From: Myxococcota bacterium | GTDB taxonomy: Bacteria; Myxococcota_A; UBA9160; JAFDDA01 | Reading direction: 5' to 3' | DNA: 64,000 nt | NCBI GenBank assembly: GCA_965228475.1 | Contig: OZ245817.1 | Coordinates: forward strand, 1,600,001-1,664,000 | In this document: one piece after another, positions 1 to 10,200 of the stretch | How the letters are laid out: every line of letters starts with the position of its first letter | How positions within the stretch are numbered: the first letter of the stretch is position 1 | Notes under the pieces: model-generated | What the model was told of the DNA's origin: nothing | Database searches by the model: none | The model's input: only the letters and a program-made list of their open reading frames with translations | Position numbers and translations under genes: made by a program

Positions 1-3000
1 GAGGTCGACTCGCGCGGAAGACCGACGGACTTCGCGGGCCAGGCGGTGGAGATCGGCGAGGCGTCGGGCCAGATCGAGGCCTCGGGAACGCCGGACGAGC
101 CGGTGGAGCTCGAGTACGACACCGCGAACCCCGTCCACCGCTTCCGTGGACACCTCCGCTTCATTCGCACGCCGGGCGCGGTGGCCGAGATCGAGTACGA
201 CGGGTCGGCCTGGAACCGCGTCTCCAAGCGGACGTCGGCGGAAGGTGTGGAGACGCTCTACGCGTACTCGCCGAGCGATCAGTCCGGGCTGGACGCGACG
301 GACCCGATCGAGATTACGCGGACGTCCGGGCCGGTCGTCAACCGTGACCGATTCGACGGCCGGGGGCGGCTGCTGTCGCAGGAGCTCTCCGAAGGCGACA
401 CGACGTTCGAGCGCGAGATCCTCTTCGACGCCGACGGGTTCCCGGTGGGCGAACGCTCCGGAAGCTGGGTGACCACCCGCGTGAGTCGGGACGGCGCCCG
501 GCCCGACAGTGTCGAGCAGACCGGCGTCGCGTACGACGTGTCCCTGAACGACGACGGCCAGCTCGACGGCCTGACGAGCGGACAGGCGCCGGACGTTTCA
601 CGGGGCTTCGACGACGACGGCCTGCCGAATCTCGACACGGTCAGCGCGGACGGGCTCTCGGTCTCCGATTCCTACGAGTACGTTCCGGGCACGACGCGAG
701 TCGACTCCTCGACGCGCGAGGAGACCGGTCTCCCGGCCGTCGAGACCACCTACAGCTACGACGACGAGGGCCGCCTGACGGGCTGGGACAGCGCCGGCGA
801 GGAGACGACCCTCACCGTGGAAGGCCTTCGGGTCACGGGCGTGACGGCTCCCGGGATCGAGCGGTCGGTCGTCTACGACGATGCGGGGCGGGTCGAGAGC
901 GTCACCGAGCAGGGCGTGAGCATGACCCTCGGGTACGACGCCTTCGGGCGCGTGAACACGCACACCCAGTTCGGGGGCACCACGACCTTCACCTACAACG
1001 ACGGCACGGAGGTCCGGACCCGCACGCTCGAAGACGAGACGTACGGCGTCCTCGAAGACGAGACGTTCGGCTACGACGGGGCCGGGCGGGTGAACACGAT
1101 CGATGCGCTCGAGGGGCAGTACACCTACGAATACTTCCCCGACGGCCAGGTCCGGCGGATGATGCTCGCAGGTGAAGTGCTCCGCGAGGTCACGCGTGAC
1201 GCCGCGGGCCGGATCACGAGCGTCCGGATGCCGGGCATCGAGCGCACCTTCTCGAACTTCAACGCCGTGTCCGGCAAGCCGGAACAGGAAGACCTCGTCC
1301 TGTCTGGCGGTCTCGCGACGGCGCACACCACCACGTGGGACGCGCTCGGCCGCCCGGAGACCTTGACCGACGAAGCCGGGACGTGGTCCTTCGGCTGGGA
1401 CGACTTCGGAAATCCGACCTCCCACACCGACCCGGACGGCGTGACCCACGGTTTCGTGTACTCGCCCCAGGGGCTTCCGCTCGGCCAGACCTTCTCCGAC
1501 GGCACCGGCGTCGACTTCAGCTACGTCGGCAACACCCGCGTCGAGAGCCACGGCGACATGTCCTACGTCCTGGGCGACGACGGCATGCCGGACTCCGTCA
1601 CCTACCCGGACGGCTCCGTCGTCGAGTTCAATCACGTGAACGACCCCTTCGAGCCGGACGAGATCGTGCTCGGCGGCGTGGCCCGGAGGATCGAGCGCAC
1701 CCACGGCCGGGTGAGCCGGATCGACGTTCCCGCGACGAGCGAGGCCATCGACTTCCAGCGCGACGCCCTCGGCCGGCCGCGCTCGCTCGTGCGGACGGGA
1801 GTCGGGCCGACCGAAACGCTGACGCTCGCCTACGACGATTTCGGAAGCTTGACCGAGGAGGTCGGCTCGCTCGGGACCTGGTCCCACGCCGTCACCGCGA
1901 CCGGGAAGCTCGACACCGAGTCCTATCCGTCCGGCCTTGCCCTGTCCTACGAACCCGACGACAACGGATTCCCGACGACGGTCTCCGGGGCGGGAATCGA
2001 GAGCGTGGGGTGGCACGGGCCCGCTCGGGTGCAGGAGATCGCCTACGAAGACGGCGTCACGCTGCGCCACGAGCTCGACGCCTCGTTGCGGATCGAGCGG
2101 ATCGTCTACGAGGTCCCCGGTGAGGATCCCGAGGACGATCCGAGCGTCGTCGCGGGCTTCGAGTACGTGTTCAGTGCCGGCGGACGGGTCCTCTCGGAGC
2201 ACCGACCGCACGAGGGCCGTTTCGACGTCTACGAGCGCTCCACGCCCGAGACGGGCATGCGGGTGACGGGGTTCCGGCTGTCGGCAGCGGACGCCCAGGG
2301 CACCGCGCCCCTCGCGGAGGTCACCGGCTTCGACTTCGACGGCAACGGCGAGATCACGCCCCCGACGACGGCGGCCGGCGACGCGCGCGGGCAGTTCCCG
2401 GGCTTCGTGCCGGCGGCCGACGGCTATCGCCTCGAATCCCTCGACGGAGTCACGGTCCTCTACGACGCCGCGGGGCGCGTCGAAGCCACGCCGCTCTGGG
2501 TGCGGCTGCCGAACCAGTCGGCGCTGACCCGCGTCGTCGGAACGCTCACCTACGACGGCTTCGGCCTGTTGGCCCGCGTCGAGCGCGACGACGGCTGCAC
2601 GGTGGTCTACCGCCGCGACGGTTGGGGACGGATCGTGGAGCGGACGGTCACCGGCCCGGAGGCCCGTTGCCGGAACGCACGCCGGGCCTACGTCTGGCGC
2701 GCCCAGCAGCTGATCGAAGAGTACGAGGAGGTCGACGCCGCGCTCGTTCCGATCCGCCGCTACGTCTACCTCGGCGATCGGCTGGTGCGCGTCGAGGCAG
2801 CGCCGGCGCCGGGCGCCGCGCTCGCCGAATTCGTCCCGCTGGTGAACCTCCTCGGGAGCGTGGGGGGCTACCTCGCTCCGGACGGCACGCTCGTCGAGGC
2901 GATCACCTACGGCCCGTACGGGCTACCCGTCGTGCGCGGTGCTGCGGGCGCAGAGCTTTCGGGCTCGGCCATCGGCGACACGCTGCTCTTCCAGTCGGCC

Positions 3001-4269
3001 TGGTTCGACCCGGCCACCGGCCTCTACCAGATGGGCGAGCGGAACCTGCATCCCCTCGCCGGCCGGTTCCTTCAGCGGGACGGCGCGATCTACGTCAGCA
3101 GCCGCGCCCTGGCCACGGCCTTCAACGGCGACCCCGCGACCAACATCGACCGCGACGGCGCCGTCGCCGTACCCGCCGTCGACCTCGCGAAGAACGCGCT
3201 CCGCGAGCTGGCCGCCGCTCCGTTCAAGGACATCGACACCACGGTGAACTCGACGCTGAGCACGCTCACGGCCTACGAAGGCGCCGGGAAGGCCCTCGCC
3301 GACACGCGGATCGGGGGCAGCAAGGCCGTCGCGGGCCTCGCCGTCGCGGGCGCGGTGATCGGCTACGTCGAACTCGGCTCGAAGCTCTTCCCGAGCCAGC
3401 GCAAGGCCATCGCGAAGAACGCCATCGAGCCGTGGAAGAAGGTCAAGGCGGTCGCCGACATCGCGAAGGGCTTCCACGACCTTCGGGAGCAGCGTCTTCT
3501 CCAGACCGCGATCCGGGCCGGCCTGACCAGCCCGCGCGATTTCAACGCGCGCATGCGTTGGCTCTCCGCCGGGGGTGCGAACGCGAGCTTCAACCGCCTC
3601 ACCACGAGCTTCTGGAGCAAGGTCCCCCTGCGTGAGTTCAGGGGAGATGCCGAAGGTCTCGCGAAGGCCCGGGCGGGCGCGGTGTTGAACTATCGCAATC
3701 AGCGCTCGGCCACGATTCTGGGCATCACCAAGGGCGTCTTCGATCTGGTGAAGGGGCACCTCGAGCGCACCCACAAGTCCCGCATGGCTACCGACCGAAC
3801 GTCGCGCAACGTGATGGGCACGGTCATGATCGTGGACGGCTGGCTCAACGTGACGGAGGCCGTGCTCGCCGCACGGACCTCGAGCGATGCCATGCGCTTC
3901 GCCGCGATGACCAGCGGGGCCGGCAGCGCCGCGACGGCCACGGCGCTTCGGAGCTTCGCCGTGGTCGCGAACGTCCAGCTCGCCTACAACGGCGGGAACA
4001 AGATCGGGCAGGGCATCGTCTTTCTGGTCACCGAGGACGACGTCTATCGCGAGTACAAGCGCCAGGTCGATCTCTACAACAAGAACGGCGGCCTCCTCAC
4101 GGTCTTCTCGGGCGGCTTGATGACCGTCGGCCTGGACGAAGCGGCCCATACGATCCAGCAGTTCCAGGACGCGAACCATCAGCTTCCGAACTTGCGCGAA
4201 GCCTGGGACACCCAGCTTCGCGACTACGAAGTGCGCAGCCTCTACCTCTCGGGGCTCGACTATGAGTAG
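1..4269 (+). CDS. RHS/YD-repeat protein with RHS-associated core and ~369-aa C-terminal extension (5'-truncated by the window edge)
   Basis: Frame is open from base 1. Many YD-type repeats (YDDEGRL, YDDAGRV, YDAFGRV, YDGAGRV, WDALGRP). Core motif YGPYG...FQSAWFDPATGLYQMGERNLHPLAGRFLQRD...DPATNIDRDG. TAG at 4267-4269. Confidence 0.9.
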   Translation, partial: EVDSRGRPTDFAGQAVEIGEASGQIEASGTPDEPVELEYDTANPVHRFRGHLRFIRTPGAVAEIEYDGSAWNRVSKRTSAEGVETLYAYSPSDQSGLDATDPIEITRTSGPVVNRDRFDGRGRLLSQELSEGDTTFEREILFDADGFPVGERSGSWVTTRVSRDGARPDSVEQTGVAYDVSLNDDGQLDGLTSGQAPDVSRGFDDDGLPNLDTVSADGLSVSDSYEYVPGTTRVDSSTREETGLPAVETTYSYDDEGRLTGWDSAGEETTLTVEGLRVTGVTAPGIERSVVYDDAGRVESVTEQGVSMTLGYDAFGRVNTHTQFGGTTTFTYNDGTEVRTRTLEDETYGVLEDETFGYDGAGRVNTIDALEGQYTYEYFPDGQVRRMMLAGEVLREVTRDAAGRITSVRMPGIERTFSNFNAVSGKPEQEDLVLSGGLATAHTTTWDALGRPETLTDEAGTWSFGWDDFGNPTSHTDPDGVTHGFVYSPQGLPLGQTFSDGTGVDFSYVGNTRVESHGDMSYVLGDDGMPDSVTYPDGSVVEFNHVNDPFEPDEIVLGGVARRIERTHGRVSRIDVPATSEAIDFQRDALGRPRSLVRTGVGPTETLTLAYDDFGSLTEEVGSLGTWSHAVTATGKLDTESYPSGLALSYEPDDNGFPTTVSGAGIESVGWHGPARVQEIAYEDGVTLRHELDASLRIERIVYEVPGEDPEDDPSVVAGFEYVFSAGGRVLSEHRPHEGRFDVYERSTPETGMRVTGFRLSAADAQGTAPLAEVTGFDFDGNGEITPPTTAAGDARGQFPGFVPAADGYRLESLDGVTVLYDAAGRVEATPLWVRLPNQSALTRVVGTLTYDGFGLLARVERDDGCTVVYRRDGWGRIVERTVTGPEARCRNARRAYVWRAQQLIEEYEEVDAALVPIRRYVYLGDRLVRVEAAPAPGAALAEFVPLVNLLGSVGGYLAPDGTLVEAITYGPYGLPVVRGAAGAELSGSAIGDTLLFQSAWFDPATGLYQMGERNLHPLAGRFLQRDGAIYVSSRALATAFNGDPATNIDRDGAVAVPAVDLAKNALRELAAAPFKDIDTTVNSTLSTLTAYEGAGKALADTRIGGSKAVAGLAVAGAVIGYVELGSKLFPSQRKAIAKNAIEPWKKVKAVADIAKGFHDLREQRLLQTAIRAGLTSPRDFNARMRWLSAGGANASFNRLTTSFWSKVPLREFRGDAEGLAKARAGAVLNYRNQRSATILGITKGVFDLVKGHLERTHKSRMATDRTSRNVMGTVMIVDGWLNVTEAVLAARTSSDAMRFAAMTSGAGSAATATALRSFAVVANVQLAYNGGNKIGQGIVFLVTEDDVYREYKRQVDLYNKNGGLLTVFSGGLMTVGLDEAAHTIQQFQDANHQLPNLREAWDTQLRDYEVRSLYLSGLDYE

Positions 4270-7200
4270 GCTGTGCACGCTCCTCGGGGTCGCGCTCGCG
4301 CTCTTCGCGAACGCAGCGAGCGCCCAGGTCGTGCGGCCGCTGGCGGTGCTCGAGATGCGCGTTCAGGGCGTCGGCGCGATCGTCTCGCCCGAGACGCTCG
4401 CGGTGCCCAAGGGCATCGCCGGCTCGATCCGCGTGGACGTGATCGCCGGGGATTCGAGCGGGGCTGCGGCCACCTCGACGCTGCCCGACACCGCCATCGT
4501 GGAGGCGACGCTCCGCGGCCCCTCGTTCCCGGCCCGCCGGATCCTCGGCCTCCCCGGTGAGCCGATCCTGCTCCCCGCGCTGCCGCTGGTCGGGGACTAC
4601 CGCCTCGACGGGATCCGCATCCTCGACGAGGCGACCGGCGAGGTGCTCGTCGAGGGCAACCCGGCGAGCATTCCGATCCAGGTCTTCGAGGAGGTGCTCG
4701 TCTCGCGGGTCACCTCCCGGCCGCTGACCCTCGACGAGATCCGCGGCAAGGGCATCGTGATCGACGACTCGAACTTCCGGGCGGTCGAGTTCGAAGTCGG
4801 GTTCGTCGTGGACGGTCAGACCTTCCCGGTGAAGTTCCCGGTCGTGGCGCCGCGATTCGCGCAGTCGACGGAGATCATCCCGACGGCCGAGGTCGAAGCC
4901 GCCCTGGTCGAGGCCGAGCGGATCAACCGCGAGCTGGGGATCGACGCGTCCCTCCCGCCGGAACTCGAAGCCAGCGGCCTCAACATCGAAGTGCAGGGCA
5001 TCAACGTCCAGCTCGTGGACCCGGGAGGCGAGGTCGATCTCGAGCTCCAGGTGCCGCCGATCCCCGCGCTCGTCGTGATTCCCGGGAACATCGGGTACCT
5101 GAACCAGTTCTTCAGCGTGCAGCTCTACACGGAGAACGCGTCGCCCCTGGGTTCGGGCCTCTCGGTCCACGGGCTCGAGGCGCAGCTCGATCTGCCGCCG
5201 GGTCCGGACCGGATCGCCGCGGCCCCGGAGCTCTCCTGCCGCGACGCGGGCGACGACCCCCTGCGCTTCGCGCGCGTCGGCGAAGCCGCGGCGATCGAGC
5301 CCGTGCAGCCCGTCGTGACGCCGGGCTTCGACGGCGTGCTCGGCACGCCGGACGACGGTACGCGCCTGCAGCCCGGCGACACGGGCCAGGCCGAGTTCCT
5401 GGTCGAGGGCTGTCGAGAAGGCCTGCACGTGATGGACATCTCCCTGCGCGGCCGCCTCGACGGCCTCGTCGCCGGGACCGTCGACATCGAGGGCCGGGCC
5501 TCGGGCTCCGTCCTCGTGCGGAACCCGAACTTCTCGCTCGCCTTCACCCATCCGCGAACGATCCGGACGGGGGAGCCCTACACCGCGAGCGTGACGCTGC
5601 TGAATACCTCGTTCACCGCGGCCAACCTCGTGAGCGTGACCCTGCCCGAGGCGAGCATCAGCGGCGCCGAGTTCGCCGACCCCGAGTTCGACGGCACCAT
5701 CGAGCTCGGCACGATCCTTCCCGGCGAGACGGCCACGGCGGAGTTCGAGCTGCTCGCCCAGCGGACCGGGAGCATCACGTTCTCCCAGCTCACGAGCGAC
5801 AGCGACGTCACCGGGCGCTTCCGGCTGAAGATGGGCGTCGACGAGCGGGGCGTCGCGCTCTCGCCGGACGCCGTGGGCTTCCCGGAGTTCGCCGGGGAGG
5901 TCGAGGAGCGCCTGCCGGACCTCTTCGCGGCCGCCAACCGCGTGCTCGGCCAGGCCCTTTCCGTCGCCAGCGCACCCCAGCGGCCGGCGGGTGTCCTCGC
6001 GCTCGGGAAGAGCGTCGTCCGGCAGCGGGTGCTCGAGGTCGCCGAGGCGGGCCAGCGCCTGCGCTACGGAGACTCGGTGGAGCGGGTGCTGCTCGACTGG
6101 GCACTCGACTGGCAGGGAGCGCGAAGGGCGAGCCCCGGCTTCGACCAGATCCTGCGCGAGACGGACGCGGGGCGGCTGTATCGCGAAGCGCTCGCCGCGG
6201 CTCTCGAAGCGGCCACGGGGCAGGGTGCCGCCGCGGCGCTGCTCGACCGTGCGGCGGATCTCGCGGGACGCGGGGAGACCTGGACCTTCGTCGGCGCGCC
6301 CGCGGGCATCGATCCCGTCCGGCTCGAGGGCGAGGAGCGAGCCACGCTCGGCGAGAGCGCACTCGAGCGCGTCGTCGGCTATCGCGGCGCGCTCGGGGGT
6401 TGGGTCGCAGGCCCGGCTTCTGCCGCCGCGCTGCATCGCTTCGAGGTGACCTCCGACGTCGGCTCGCAAACGATCTGGCGCTTGGACCTGCTGGGCGATG
6501 GCAGCGGCGTCCTCCGCGAATGGTCGGCACCGGGCGCTTTGGCGGGAGACTGCTTCGTCCACGAAGGGGGCGATGCGCTGAGCGTCGATGCGGGCTGCGA
6601 TGGCAGCCTCGAGGAGACCCTCACGGCTTCCGCGACGCCCGTCGTGGAAGCCGGCCCCGAGGTCCTCGCCGCGATCCAGGACATCACGGTGAACACGGGC
6701 CGGCCGCGCAGGACCTGCGATGGGCCCACCGAGTACAGGAACTATGGAACCGTGGTCGCCGTGCTCTTCTCGAAGGCCATGGCCCAGGCGGGGATCGACG
6801 CGCCGGGCGCATTCCGGCTCGACAACGGCGTCGAAGCGACTTCGGTCCAGATCCAGCCCGGCGGCCGGGTGGCGCTCCTGCAGCTCGCCTCCGCGGTCGG
6901 GACCCTCCGCGAGCGGCAGCTCGGCGTCGACGGCATCGTCGATCCGCGCGGCAACCCGCTCGAGGCCGCGAGCGTTCCGGTGCAGGCCACCGCAGATCTC
7001 GGCGTCTCGATCGTCGGCCGGGTGGCGTTGGCGAACGGCGAGCCGGCGCCCGGCGTTCCCGTGACGCTGACGATGTACGACTCGCAATCGACGTCCTTCG
7101 AGTGCATCCCCTTCGTGAGCCGCGTCTCGCAGGTCGAGAGCGACGAGGAAGGCCGCTTCTCCTTCGACTTCGTGCTTGCGGGCCTTCCCTACTCGCTCTC

Positions 7201-10200
7201 GGCGACCAACACGGTGGGTCTCTCGGGCGCGGCCGTGGAGCTGATCCTCGAGTCCGCCCAGGGCGATGCCTTCACGCGGGAGAAGCTCCAGGAGCTGGCG
7301 AGCCTGCCGGAGAATCGGGACACCCTGCTCGAGGCGTTCGCGATCGGAGCGATTCCCGAGGCGATCGCCCTGGCGGAGGGGCTCGATCGCGCCCTGCTGC
7401 GCGACCGGATCGCCGCCGGATCCCCGCGCGTCGGGACGGAGGTTCCGGTCGCGCTGCGGTTCCGCGGGCGTGGCTCGGTCGCCGGCGTCGTGCTCGATGC
7501 CGCGGGCTTCCCGGTCGCCGACGTGGCGGTGAACCTCTTCCCCGACGTCGGGTCCCGCGAGCTCGGCCGAGGCGTCTTCAGCGACGACCAGGGACAGTTC
7601 GCCTTCTTCGGTGTGCCGCTCGGCGCCTACAGCATCGAGGCGGTCGCGCCCGACGGCACCTCGCGCCGGGTGTCCGGGCGAGTGGATCGGGCCGACGAAG
7701 CCGACGAGATCGAGATCGTCCTCTCGGCCGAGGTGATCGCGACGACGGGCCTGTCCGGGCGCGTCCTCGATCCCGACGCGATGACGGGGCACGGTGGGGC
7801 GCGGGTCTTCGTGGGGCGGTTCGAGGGCGGAGCGTTCGGCAATGTCGTGGCGGCCGCGACGGCGGACAGCGAGGGCTTCTGGTCCGTCGACGGCGTGCCG
7901 GTCGGTGGATGGGACGTCGTCGCCGTCTCCTTCGACGGAAGGACCAAGGCCACCCGGATGGGCGTCGCAGCGAGCGAGGGCGTCACGAGCCGCGTGAGCC
8001 TGGTCCTCCAGGGACGAGCCACGGTCGTCGGCCGCGTCGAGTTCGCGAACGGGCAGTCCGTTCCGGGTGCGATGGTGGCCGGCGGGGAAGGGATCGTCAC
8101 GACCGACGAGAACGGTGCCTTCCGCCTCGAAGGTGTGCCCACGGGCCAGTCGAGCATCAGCGCCGGGCTGGCGAAGGACCCGGCGGCGGGGATCGACTTC
8201 ACACGCCTTGGATCGGCGACGGTCGACGTCGTTCCCGGCCAGGAGAACTTCGCGGTGATCCGGCTCGAGCCGCGCGGGCGGATCCAGGGCCGGGTCTTCG
8301 ATGCGGCCGGGAACCTCCTGACCGGCGTGAACGTCGCGATCCCGTTCCCGGGCGGAGGCGGCTTCTACTGGACCGAGGTCGATGAGGAAGGGCGCTACGC
8401 CTTCGACAACCTGCCCCTCGGCGAGTGGGTCGTCTCGGCGCCCGCGCCGCCGGTGGCGGACAAGGACGTCGGCGACATCCTCTCGGTGATCGCGAGCCCG
8501 GATTCGACCCAGGGCGAGATCCTGGCGGCCATCGGCGATGCCTTCGCGATCTTCACCGGTGCGAACGATCCGCTGCTGAACGGCGAGGGCCTCGAGTTCA
8601 ATCCCCTTTCCTGGGGCTTCCAGAACGTCAGCCTCGCGGCCGACGGCGAGACCGTCGAACGGGACGTCCGGTTCTTCCGCAACGGGACGATCGCCGGGAC
8701 CGTCCTGAACGGGCAGGACGTCCCGATCGGCGCGCGCGTGCGCCTCACGGGGATCGGCCCGAGCCCGGCGGGAGCCCCGACGATGGTCATCCGTGGCGAG
8801 CGCAACAGCGACGCGGCGCTCGGCACCTTCGAGTTCCCGGGGCAGGCGCTGGCCGGCGATTGGGGCATCCAGGTCGCCTCCCCGTTCTTCCCGGACCCGA
8901 TCGCCACCTCCGGGCGCACCAACGACGCATCGCCGGACGCGCTGGGCCTGACGCTCCAGTTCCCGCCGGAGAGCGAGGTCAACGGACGGCTCGCCGGAGT
9001 CGTGCTCGGGCCCGACGGGCTGCCCGTCGGCGAGGACGTCCTCGTTCGCATCAGCTTCGGCGACCTCGAGATCCGCACCAACCCCGAGGGGCGCTTCGAT
9101 ACCCAGCTCGACCTACCGGCGGTGGACGATCGCGGGCGCCGGCGGTCGTACCAGGTCGAAGCCGAGGACGGCGCCGGCCTGCGCGGGCGGACCATCGCCG
9201 CGATGTCGCCCGGCATCACCACCGAGGTCGAGGTCCGTCTGCTCGCGCGCGGCGGCGTGGCGCTCACGGTGTTCGATGCCAGCGGCAACCGCGTGGAGGG
9301 CGCGTCCGTCGAGATCCGCGGCGGCGGGTTCCCGTACGAGCACTTCCCCGGGCTTCCGACGAACGCCGCGGGCGAGGTCTCCCTCGGCAACCTCACCGAG
9401 GGGCCGTACGCGGCGGAGGCCCGCATCGCCAGCGGTCCGACCACGATCTGCGGCCGGGTGGGCTTCACCGTGGTCGCGGGCGAGACCGTGACGGCGACCG
9501 TCGTGCTGCGTCCGACGGGCACCGTGGCGGGGCTCTTCGTCGAAGAGGACGGGGAGACGCCCATCCCCTTCGCCCAGATCGACGTCCAGGGGCTCGGCTT
9601 CGCCGCGACCGATGTGGCCGGCGCCTTCGAGATCGAGGGCATCCCGCTCGGGAACTATCGCATCGTCGCGCAGGACCCGGTGAACGGCCGGCTCGCGATC
9701 GGAGAGGCGTCGGTGGGGTTCGAGGGTGAGCGCGTCGAGGTCCTGTTGCGCGTTCGCCGGCTTGCGGAGGTGCACGGGGCGGTGATCTCCGGCTTCGGCG
9801 ACGCCCTGGTGCCGGGCGCCACGGTGACGCTCGGCGTCTTGGACGGCATCACGCCGTCGAGAAGCGTGACCACGGATCCGGGCGGCTTCTTCGTGTTCCC
9901 GGGCGTCCCGTCCGGCCCGTTCAGTCTCTCTGCCACGGATCCGGTCCGCCCGGGCGTCGCAGCGGGAGTCGCCGCGGTGATGCCGGATGACGTCGACGAA
10001 TTCCGCGTCGACCTGGCCTTGAGCGCACTCGTGAACGTCTCCGGAACCGTCTACCGAAGCGACGGATTCACCCCGGCGACCGAGGCCACCGTCACTCTGA
10101 CCGGGAACTCCTTCTCCCAGTCCGCGGATACCGATGCCCTCGGTCGCGTTCGCTTCACGGGGCTTCGGGCCGGGAGGCTCGACGTCCGGGCGCGCTCGAA

